Below, in pieces: positions 12,107-22,500 of a stretch of 64,000 nucleotides of DNA. Each line of letters begins with the position of its first letter. Position 1 is the first letter of the stretch. The stretch comes from Folioceros fuciformis (taxonomy: Eukaryota), in the NCBI GenBank assembly GCA_049999805.1, contig JBNGIO010006237.1:163671-227670 (forward strand), read 5' to 3'. The notes beneath the pieces are model-generated. The model was given only the letters and a program-made list of their open reading frames with translations, was not told the origin of the DNA and searched no databases. The position numbers and the translations under genes were made by a program.

Positions 12107-13358
12107 CTAACCAGCGCTGGTGATGGGATATCGAACCGACTGAGCGTACATGGACGACAGTCGTTCCTTGGCTTCTGCTAGGATAAAAACAGCAAAAACA
12201 ATCCTCTGAGTTCTTGGAATGGCGCCTTTGTAGAGAGTCCTAATACCTGCTCCTTTGCACGTTTCCTTGCATGCTGATAAGAAAGACCTGTGGCAGCAAC
12301 ATCTTCTCAGTTTCATCCTTGGGCACCAACTCCAGACGGAAGTTAAAGGTGGTGAAAGAAACCTGTGCGAGGCGGAGTCTAGATTGCTTTGCATGCGTGT
12401 TTTAACCGTGTCAAGTGGTTGACTGATGACAGCCGCAATCGTGCCTGAGAAAGTAGCTGCGAGAATTGCAGCCAACGTTGGATGCTCTGATAGATACCCA
12501 TCTCTGAGCCTCTTCTGCAATGCCGGCGTGGCCCCTAAGTACGCAGCTGAGAAGATGCCATCTCTTCCTGCTGTGACCAACTGCAGCAGCAACAGGTGCA
12601 ACTGCAATCAGAGGTGTACTGTCAGAGCGAAAACGAAAGTGACAGCCTGGCCAAAAGGGCCTGCTGCCTGCGCAGCGCACTCACCATGCCTCGTGAGAAC
12701 CTAGAGAAACCGTACTGTTCCCTCAACCTATGAACCTGCTGGAGCACTGAATTCCCGCTCTGCTGTTGTTGTATCATGACAAGTTCAGCTGGGCCGCCTA
12801 CAACAGCTGATGCTGCCCCTGCTGTTGCTGCTGCGGCCAGCTTTTGGCTCTCTGTCATTCCGATTGAACCTGGACATCAAAGCAAAAACCGCTTCAAGCC
12901 TCATGAGAGTTGAGCATCTCCGAAATCACAAAATCTGTATCAGTATTGCTGTGCACAATCATGCGTGGCAGTGCGCTTACCCTGTGCTTCTAATCTGTTT
13001 TGTATGAGACCATACATGTAGAACTGGACTGCACTTATTGGAGCCATGCTCCCGGCATTTACTCCTATTCCACGGTACAGAACTCGAGGGTTCAAGGTCA
13101 GCTTGGTGTTATTCTGCGATCAAGCCAAGAGCATGTCTCAAGAAATTTCCGGCTTGAAAAACAATTGCGGGCCGCCAGGTCCTCAGCAAATTAATGGAGG
13201 AAGGCACCGTTGCCATCCTGTGATCATCACAACCATACCTGAAGGGCATTCTTCACGTACACAGACGGTTGAGCAACCGATACTTCAAGTATTCCTGAGA
13301 GAGCTCCTATTGCAGCGGACTCCGCTGGATTCAGAGCGGTAGCTACCGGTCTTGCCAT
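12107..13358 (-). CDS. Mitochondrial carrier family (SLC25) protein, ~5 exons
   Basis: Three carrier repeats: QPSVYVKNALQ…LYRG, GPAELVMIQQQ…FSRG and QPLDTVKTRMQ…LYKG. ATG at 13358 (MARPVATALNPAESAAIGALSG). GT-AG introns. Confidence 0.85.
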
Positions 13359-14255
13359 TTTTTGCGACTGGGTAGGAGATTGAAGGTCTGCAAGGAAAAT
13401 TTGGCGATTGTCCAGCTGCCCTTCAAGTCAGCAGAACGGGAGCTATCAGAGCAAAGGACGTAGACATACACCGATTTCGAACAGATCTCAAAACTGCTTT
13501 CACCTTGTGCCAGCCATTACAAGCTTTTATAGCAATTGCAAGAAACTCTTCTCCGCCCCAGAAGACAACAACTCATCAAAGAACGGAGGAATGGAACAAG
13601 ACACGACGGTTACCCAAAGCACGGACACAGCTACACAGCGAAGGTTGAATTGCCGAAATTCATCGCAGAATTGGCCAGCACAGGAGTCTCTTATCGAGCG
13701 GCTAGCGGCTACATCAACTGGTCACTGCCCAGCGCGGAGTTTCTTCCGTCCGGCTTCGAATTTGTAGGAAACATGCGCGTCCAGGACCGAAGGCGCACGA
13801 ATCACAAATTCTCGTTCTGAAGACGTTCAGCGTCTAAGTGACCACATTGCGATTCCGCTGAAGGCAACGACGTGCTTGTGATCGCGCGTGCTGAGGCAAG
13901 AGGCGTGTGCGCACACGGAATTCAATACGTAAGAACATCGTTGCCTGCTGGACCCATAAATGGACCTTTGCCCTCAGTTCGTTCTCGGAGTTTTGGGCCT
14001 TCGCCTCAGAAGAAACTTGGAATACGTCGCCCGCACGCACCTGGGACGAAGACTAACAGCCTGGAGGAGATCAACGCTGACGTAAGGAGGAGGACGGAGT
14101 TCAGGGACGTCCAATCCGGGCCGCTTGGACGGGTACCGTGAGAACGTGTTACCGTCGGCGAGGATCGAACCGTGACACCACACCCCAACATGCATCTGAC
14201 GCAATGTCACGCGGCGCCGAAGATTCATGCGGCCCCGTCGGCAAAAGAAAGCTTC

Positions 14256-15969
14256 TTACTGTTGATGGCCTCTAAGGTAAGCGTGTCTAACAGCAAAGTA
14301 CACGGCAGCAGCAGCACCCAAACTACACAGCGCCCATGTTGTCTGACGCAGCGGTGACATGGGGTGTCTCTGTTGCACCAGAAATTTTATCACCTGCAAC
14401 TCGTCCTCCAGTTTCTGCACCTTACTGAGAAGCATTTCCAGATGGGCTTTCGAGACTTTGGCGGACATCTGTATCCCATTCAGTTCCCTCATAACCGAGT
14501 TGACAAACCATAACTCTAAATGCTGCTGCCCACCTCCAGGACCACCCACAGTGATCACCGACCGAGGCGCGTCCTTGGAAGCGTTGGGAGACCCTGGCTC
14601 CAGTCTCTCCATCTCGTGATATTCTGATTCATCAGATCCGGTGGGAGAGTGAACAAGTCTAACGGATTTTTCTAGCTCTTCCTGGCAAAATTCCTTCCCC
14701 ATCTTTATCCATCCTTTGAAGGACCTTCTGGCCTGATCTTCCATGAAATTTTCCATAGTGCCTGAGCATGAGAAAACTACGTGAGTGGGAGATCCGTGCT
14801 ATTCCTCTTAAGTGCACAGGATGACTTCCTTACAAGAACGTTTGGTTCACCTACTCAACTCTACTCTCTGAGTGCATGTGGAAGAGCACGATTAATTGCC
14901 AACCTTGGATACCCCAAACACCAGCTTTGAACTCCAGAGCGACATTTATTGTGACAAGGGTCCCTTTCTTGCCATATCCAGGTTCGATAACGATCTCAGC
15001 ACTGGTGCAGAATCTTTCTCCCCCCGGAATGTTGACAACAGGGTCGGACTGTATTCGAAAACGGTTTCCAACTTTCGAATACCTTTGAGTGTCAGTGATC
15101 CTCAGAATGTCAGCACCTGGCAGCAGAACAAACCTACATTCAGCTACTTATCCCCAGGACATTCAAACAGGAAGGAAGGAACAAAGCTTTCGAAGTTCTT
15201 GCAACAAAAAACCTAGTTCACAATGGCCTCTTAGAAAAGCAAGCCACCTCCAATACCTCAAATTGCTTCTTCCAGAGAAAATAGACTTCCCGGTCCTAAC
15301 GCATCCTCACGACGTTGCCCATAAACTAGAGTGTTTCACTCATCCCACGAACTGATCAGCCCTAAGCTCTACAAGCGTGAAAGCACGTAAAAGAATGGAG
15401 TTGCCTCTTGAGCAGACCACGACCTGCTGAAGCCTCCCGAGAAAACTACCTTGGAGGGGCAATCACTCCACTCAGTTTTGTAAGGTGAGTGCCTTGCACA
15501 GGTAAGCTACCAACTACCAAGAAACCGATAGGAGAGTAAATCGGGCTATCGACTGTTGCCCGCAAGTTGCGCTTCTCAGCCCATGCTCAAGAAGTAGCAG
15601 CACATTGCAACCAACCCAGACATTTTGGACTGGTTCTTGAGAGTGTCTTACCCACGAGCCGTTTCACAACCGAAGGAGCATTCAGAGGAGTTGCGAATTT
15701 GATAAGGCGTTCACCCTCTGCTGACCATCTTGAAACCTCAGCATGTGAGTCCTCACTCACCTCCCCGTGATACTTCTTCATGAACTTATCGTCCCCAAAC
15801 AGAAAAGCAAAAACAGCCTGCACAAAATAGGTTTACAGCAGCTTCTTGGGATGCTGAAGGGGGCGAACGCAACTGCGGAAGCGACGGTCCATCCCACATC
15901 CCAGGTACTATCACTCACCTGAGGTTCTGCAAAGTCAACATGTGCCTGCATCGTCAACTTCTTCACCAT
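14256..15969 (-). CDS. VASt (StART-like lipid-transfer) domain protein with coiled coil and C-terminal TM anchor; 4 exons
   Basis: Spliced product: MVKKLTMQAHVDFAEPQ-AVFAFLFGDDKFMKKYH…VSRW…RLIKFATPL…DTQRY…NIPGGERF…GVWGIQGTMENFM…W. Its spacing fits a VASt domain. Hydrophobic tail WALCSLGAAAAVYFAV. Confidence 0.7.
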
Positions 15970-16409
15970 CGCCTGAATCACAATCAACCGAGATCCCGGG
16001 AGCGTGGTATCTTGATGTGCTGAGCAAATTGCCAGAAGTCGGCAAAAGATGTGGGCAAGCTGAAAGCCAACCCCCTCATTTGGGGAGGCCGTGCAAAAAT
16101 TTGCACTCCAAGAGCCGTGCACTTGAACAGACTACATTGCTTCGAAGTATGGACCCAACAACATAGCTTGCAGACACACCGCAGCTGGCATCCAAGTACC
16201 AACTTCTGACGCCTAACTACCTTGGTTAGCCCAAGACCTGGGAGCTGGGCGCACTCGACTGCTTATCAGTTGTACGTTTCTGACGAATGCCTCGTGTACG
16301 TTGGAAACGCTGAAACACAAACACACACACACAAACACACAGCTTGGCGCGGTCTGTAGCGCAAGGAGCAAGGCTGAGGACATCGTGAGGCACCAGCGCT
16401 ACGCCCTCA

Positions 16410-17849
16410 CTACAGATCTGGCCGATCTGTCCAAGCACCAGCAACATGGCCGTTCTCGCACACGTAAGCCCGGACGACAGGTTCTCCATCTTCGTGGAAC
16501 TCGTTCCACCTCCTTAAGCAAAATGTGGAGCCCATATCCCAAGTGCCAGAAGACGAACAGAAGGCACAAGAGAGCGCCGTCTTCCGAGATTTCAAGTCTC
16601 CAATGTTTCGCCAGATTAGCGACGATTTGAAATTCTTGAACAGACCACGGAAAAGCTTATACTTCCTTCGCTTTCCTGGGTGGATGCACCCAGGCCAGTC
16701 GCATACGTACAGAATGTCAGCTCGGAATCTGCGTGCAAGCAGCTTCTTTCCTTCCTCCCTTGTTAAGCTCCATGACCCACATGCCAGGTGTGGATCCTCT
16801 TGAGAAGAACATGCACCACTTGGCATTCTTTCGCTTCCTGGATTTCTGATCGTCTTCTTTCTTTTCACCTTCTTGACTCTGGAGTCCTCAACGGTGGCTG
16901 AATAGGTTTCGCACGCAGGCCCCAAATCTGCCTTCATCTCATGTGAGGAAACATGTAGGGGACCATGCCCGCCAACTTCCCCTGCTGCTGCTGAAGCACC
17001 GCTAGTCTGGTGTTTTTGTTCGTTGTGGACGGGAACCAAGTTCTCCTGGACTGGATCCCGCGGACTGACCTCATCATCATCAGGCTCACAATTGGCGTGT
17101 GGCCGATCCTCTCCATCAGCGGCCAACTTGTTAGTTTGCCTGACCTTGCCAAGCCTCATGCAGGGCACCTGGTCTTGGACAAACGTAAAACTTGCAGATG
17201 CAGCACATCTGCGGGGCCTTGCAATTGCAGCCATCCTCGACTTCCCAGATGCAGTCCCTTCATGATCACTCCTTGAGGGAACCCAGCTTGTTCCACGCTG
17301 GCTCTTCACTTGAGCAGCTTCCTCGTCCAGCGTGCAGGTCTTTCTCTTCCCAGTCTGATAATCCTCACTTGATCCCACCTGTCTGTCAAGGCCGAAGTCC
17401 CACCATTCCAGCGTCGCACCTGCAAGCTTAAGGCCAGGACAGCACACCAGCAGCTTCTGAAGACCGCCCCATCCTCCAAGTGGTTCTGAAGCGTTGTACC
17501 CGGAGAGACAAGAACCTCGTGGCAAGAGATCCGACACCACGGAAGGAACCACTCGCAGGCACTGCCTCCTCCACACAGTACGTCTAATGACTCTGGCAAA
17601 CCGAACACACACACAGGCAAGGCGAGCCAGGTTCCTCGGATCATCCTCCAACCTGGAGAAGATGTCAACCAGAACCTCCTCTGAGATCTTGGAGAAAAAA
17701 AGCGAGGGAAGCTGGTCCAAAAGATCCGGAAGTCTGATGTCAAACACAGAACCATATGCATGGTCTGAAGCTTTGGACCTCAGGGCCACGACACTCAGTA
17801 GAGTTTCCAGTGACAAGGCACTCGTTCGAATATCAGTGAGCTCTTCCAT
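16410..17849 (-). CDS. EID1: EID1-type F-box protein (phytochrome-signalling F-box), intronless
   Basis: F-box SEEVLVDIFSRLEDDPRNLARLACVC, GWGGLQKLLVCCPGL, LYVCDWPGCIH…LFRG, CAFC…TWD and HEDGEPVVRAYVCENGHVAGAWT all match EID1 motifs. First ATG at 17849. Confidence 0.9.
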   Translation of the reverse strand: MEELTDIRTSALSLETLLSVVALRSKASDHAYGSVFDIRLPDLLDQLPSLFFSKISEEVLVDIFSRLEDDPRNLARLACVCVRFARVIRRTVWRRQCLRVVPSVVSDLLPRGSCLSGYNASEPLGGWGGLQKLLVCCPGLKLAGATLEWWDFGLDRQVGSSEDYQTGKRKTCTLDEEAAQVKSQRGTSWVPSRSDHEGTASGKSRMAAIARPRRCAASASFTFVQDQVPCMRLGKVRQTNKLAADGEDRPHANCEPDDDEVSPRDPVQENLVPVHNEQKHQTSGASAAAGEVGGHGPLHVSSHEMKADLGPACETYSATVEDSRVKKVKRKKTIRNPGSERMPSGACSSQEDPHLACGSWSLTREEGKKLLARRFRADILYVCDWPGCIHPGKRRKYKLFRGLFKNFKSSLIWRNIGDLKSRKTALSCAFCSSSGTWDMGSTFCLRRWNEFHEDGEPVVRAYVCENGHVAGAWTDRPDL

Positions 17850-18686
17850 TCCACCCCAGTCACAGACGCCAACCCTGCACAGAAGGGGGATGCCCACAAT
17901 CTCACCAGCTCTTGAGACTCTCCACTCCAGGTCCTGCGGCCGCAGCTAAGCGGGCACAAACAAAATCAACGCTCCATAGGAACCTCGGCCAGGAGGGAAT
18001 CAAAGCGGGACTAACCCGGAGCCCCAAGTACCTTCCCCGCTCTAGATGTACTGAAAGTACCTCCGTCTGCCATGATCCCACAGCTTGGCTGCTGTTGCAT
18101 TATGCCCAAATTTGCACAACTATCTACGCAAGCTGTCCCGACGAACAAACTGGCGTACGGAAGCGACGATGCACATCATTCTATCCCTTTGGGCCTTTCC
18201 TTCCCACGCTCCAAGACCTGCTGTATTATTATTGGTTCCGGAAATCCAGGCTCCTTTCCATCTGAAAGTCCTCAGAAAACTCCAGCTTCTCCAAAGTCGG
18301 ACTAGCTTCCGACTCCGAAGAACCAGGTAGTATGCGTCAATACGTAAAGCACATGTCAGGCGTCCCGATACCTTGCCTGACTATGTCTCACTCACGCTCA
18401 CTCTCACCCTCACCCTCACCCTCACTACACCCGGTGTTTTATGACCCTTGGGAGACTTCGTTGGACCATCGCCAGGCCCCGACTAGTCTCCCAGACCTCC
18501 AGCTTGAAAGTCACTTTTGCCGCCAAATGGCAACCGGCCCAGAGAATGCTGCACCGGATCTCATGGTCCAGTGACTCAGCAACAACAACCAAACCTCGTA
18601 GTCGTTCCACACATGACGATCTGTTACGGTGGGGATAACCTAAGGTCGTGCCAAACCTTAAGCCAAGTACATACATACTGTACATG

Positions 18687-18785
18687 CACCCGACTGGAAG
18701 TTCATCAGAACGGACACGGCACCCGACTGGAAGTTCATCAGAACGGACACGGCACCCGACTGGAAGTTCATCAGAACGGACACGG
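18687..18785. repeat. 33-bp perfect tandem repeat (at least 3 copies) running into a 100-N assembly gap
   Basis: CACCCGACTGGAAGTTCATCAGAACGGACACGG x3, then Ns at 18786-18885. Confidence 0.95.
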
Positions 18786-20007
18786 NNNNNNNNNNNNNNN
18801 NNNNNNNNNNNNNNNNNNNNNNNNNNNNNNNNNNNNNNNNNNNNNNNNNNNNNNNNNNNNNNNNNNNNNNNNNNNNNNNNNNNNNCCTGAGAGGCTATCG
18901 ACATTGGCCAGAACCTCCTAGAAGGTTCTGGCCAACATCATGACCGTGACCGAGAGAAGCCGGGACGCTGCACAGTTCTGTTGTTTTGTCACAAACGTGG
19001 AACGTCTTGGACTGTGGAAGAATGCATTACCCAGCGGCGGGCGCTGTTGATCGGACGCCGTGGACAAACGGACGAAGAGCCACCGGCGCAGGAAGGTGGT
19101 AGCACTGCGTCCAGCACGGGGTCGGGAATCTCTCCCCGCAGTCCCTTGCTCAGGTGGGACCCCACATTTAGACCCTGGAGCAGAAGCATTAAAAGGCATG
19201 CCATTGCACCGATCCTGAAGCCTGCCGTTGATGGTAGTATCATCAAACGGTCCGTCCTCCAGCTACAATATAATTACATGTATCCGGGTACAAGCGCATG
19301 TTCTCCTTCTCTACAATTCTCCCTTTCGTACCCCAGAAGCTGCCACAGAGTGACAGACTTTTACTGGGCGTCCAGGTGAGTAAGTACTGCACTTATCTAC
19401 CTGGCTGGAAGAACGTTTCGTGGGTCCGTGGAGTTATATAAGTGTTGGGAGTGGGCATCTTTCCTTTCGGTGATTCTGCTTGCATGATCCTGACCGCCGA
19501 GTTCTGAATGTTGTCAGTGCCCACGGTTGCAAGAGTACGCATATTCCACCAAGGTGCTTTGACGCGGTCTTTCAAGTGTTTTGTGATGTTTTCGTACGGT
19601 TAACGATTGACAGATGCTGGCAAACGCAGCAGAGCAGCCCTGTGTGACCCTGTGTGAGGCTGCGCAAACATTGATGACGCAAGTGCCGTGGTCGGGTCAA
19701 GTCTGAGTACCTTTGTGTAAGCAAAAACGTGTACGAGAAGACCACAGTCGGACAGGGAGCGAAGCTCCGTACGTACGACTCGTCTCCTCTGCCACCGCGG
19801 TCAGTCACCGTCACTAGCCTTGGGCCCCGCGTTCCTACCACTCCCAATCATCCAGGCCGGTGGTATAAGAGCACCAGAGGTCCACAGCTCAAGCATCATA
19901 TCATCCGCCTCCCATACCTGCAGCATCACTCAGCGGCACCCTTGCTCTCACACCTGCCTGTTCGCGGAGCATCGACATCGCAAGCAACGTCCTGAGGTGG
20001 AATCGCA

Positions 20008-20700
20008 ATGGCGGGACGTCGCAGTCATGATGACGCAACGAGGCGCCTGGTCCTGACGGTCCTCGCCTTGGCCGCGCTGTTCGCCAGCGCTGTCCCCTTG
20101 GCCTTGGCCGCAGACGAGGACCCGCTTCAAGACTTCTGCGTCGGCATTACCACCGGCTCTCCTACCATCAACGGCTTCCCGTGCAAGGCGGCGCAGGACG
20201 CCAAGGCGATCGACTTCAAGTCCTCGGTTCTGGCGAATCCCGGGAACACTAACAACCCCAACAAGGCAGCGGTGACGCCGGCCACCGTAATCCAGTTCAA
20301 CGGCCTGAACACGCTGGGGATCTCCGCTGCCCGCATCGACTTCGATGCCGGGGGCCTGAACCCGCCTCATGTCCACCCGCGCGCCACCGAGCTGCTGTTC
20401 CTGGTGGAGGGCACGCTGGATGTGGGATTCGTGTCGTCCAACGCCAACGTGCTGTTCCAGGAGACGCTGAAGGCGGGCGATCTGTTCGTCTTCCCGCGCG
20501 GCCTCCTGCACTTCCAAAAGAACAACGGGCCCAGCAAAGCCTGGGCCATCGCCGCGCTCAGCAGCCAGAACCCCGGCGTGCAGCAGGCCGCCCTGGCCCT
20601 TTTTGCCGCGACGCCGCAGCCCATCCCCAGCGACGTGCTGCAGCAGGCCTTGCGCGTCGATGGCAAGATTGTGCAGCTGCTCGAGAACGCACAGAAGTGA
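20008..20700 (+). CDS. Germin-like protein (cupin), secreted, intronless
   Basis: Signal peptide, DEDPLQDFCV, germin box GLNPPHVHPRATE and GDLFVFPRGLLHFQ. TATA-like TATAAGAG at ~19864. Confidence 0.95.
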   Translation: MAGRRSHDDATRRLVLTVLALAALFASAVPLALAADEDPLQDFCVGITTGSPTINGFPCKAAQDAKAIDFKSSVLANPGNTNNPNKAAVTPATVIQFNGLNTLGISAARIDFDAGGLNPPHVHPRATELLFLVEGTLDVGFVSSNANVLFQETLKAGDLFVFPRGLLHFQKNNGPSKAWAIAALSSQNPGVQQAALALFAATPQPIPSDVLQQALRVDGKIVQLLENAQK

Positions 20701-22500
20701 CTCCGATAGTGGACTCGATTCGACCGTGTCTTGTGTCGTGGCAGTTTCTGCATCGTCTTGCCTTCTAGTACGTGACGTGTTAATGTGAGTAATAATGAGG
20801 CGATGACTGATCTCCCCGCCGTCTCTTTTCAATAAAATATGCACAAGTTGTTTTATAAACTTCATCCAGTGCTTTCATTTGTAATTCTGACAACGAAGTA
20901 GAGAGGATCGGGAGGATCGTGAAGATGAGATAAGATCACCTTGGGGTCCGTGCGTGCAAACGGATGCACACAGATTCATCTTCTCCGTGTCTCCATTACA
21001 CGGACTGCGAGTGTCATCGATCGATTAATCTTTTCTGAACTGAACTGAAAGCGTAGAGATTGTGAAGCTCCGGTATCATCCCTCTCCACCAGAACATCCT
21101 TTGAGAGCCGACGGTGTAGCGAGGGAGAGGAAAAATTCGTTCTGGTTTCGGATCCGGATTTACAACCGGATACAGATAGGGAGCGAGCGTTAGGATTGAG
21201 GGATGAACGTCTTCCACCAATTCCAGCCTGGGACGAGGTGCAGGTCGCGGGCGGACAGCCATCGCCAGTCCAACTCCAGCAGCGAGTGGTGGCAGTTGCT
21301 GGGGCAGCCCGGGAGATCCAATACCCGAGGCTCAGGTCGCACCGGCCACGTGCTGGTGGTGTCACCGTTTGTACATGCTCCTCCGTGGTCGGCCCGTACC
21401 GACATCTCTGCTCGGGTCTCCGGTGCTGAATCAGCTCCAAACTCTGCTCGTCAGGGACGCCTGTCTTGCAGAAGAGCGGGTCCCGGATGCTGTGATAAAT
21501 CACCAATCACCAACAGCACGGCAAATGCAAGTATCCTCCCTTGGATGATGCAGGCCCAGCCCCCTCCAGGTGTGCCAGGTCCACTATCTGCCCCACCTCC
21601 CCGGCGTGACTCTGCATGTGGGGCAGCACCTCGGGCAGGTCAAAGCTGGATGTAAATGTACACAGGAGCAGGATGGGATGCCGTTACCAGCTATTAACAA
21701 CAACCCAAGCGAAGAAGAAGAAAGATGCAACGCTGAGGAGGGAGAGCGGGAGCAGGAACACGTTCATATGATGTACAAGTGGCCGGAAGAAGACCTGGCA
21801 GTCCACCGCCCGGAAGTGCACGCAGCAAGACATGAGAGTGCTGTTATGCGTCGGGTCCCGGAGGCGGCGCACGGACCAGAGCCCGCCTGCATACCATATA
21901 TTGGCCGCCGAGGTATGCATGGTAGTGGTTTTGAGATCCCAGAGAGGAATGCAGACAGCGTTCCCCGTTTTGACAGTCGGCTTTCAACAATGCCGGATGA
22001 CTCGCGACGAGACGGTCCCAAGGTTACGGGCAGTCCGAAGGTAGCACAGGGTTTTTAACACAAGAACAGACGTGAACGCGTGGCGATGGCCAAGTTTCTT
22101 GCAATCGGCCCCAAAATCTGAAGGAAGTCGGACTCGGACTTCCTGGGACCCGATGCTTCTAACAAAATCCACTGGGTAATGGTTTGGCAGCTGGACGCCA
22201 ATTGCACGCAATGCTGACGCACAAGAACCTTCAAAATGTCTTTGCTGCGTAGCGGCACTCATTATTTCCGTTGCAGGGCTGACGCTGCATCTCTGGAGCT
22301 CGCGTGATCCAGTAGTTCCTTACAACTTTAGCTTGGTGAGGAAGGTGGTTGTTTTCGCAGCTAACCCTGCTGGCCATGAGTACGCCTCTCGAGCAACTGT
22401 GAGAAATAGCATACTATGGAGATGACCCATCTCCGACGCAATAAATGTTGAGAGGCTTCGGAATTTGCGTCCCATTAAATGACGCTTCGTGCCTCGCTTT

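Noticed and set aside
15480..15507. Two strong + strand splice donors antisense to the VASt intron
   Set aside because: No supporting acceptor or promoter evidence. Could be chance.
18687..18785. 33-bp repeats as a CRISPR array
   Set aside because: No spacers, no cas genes, eukaryotic context.
18622..19355. Possible solo LTR (TGTTAC…GTGACA)
   Set aside because: No target-site duplication (CGATC vs GACTT), and the interval contains an assembly gap.
19948..20865. 305-aa antisense ORF over the germin gene
   Set aside because: Shadow of the extreme GC3 bias of the sense gene.
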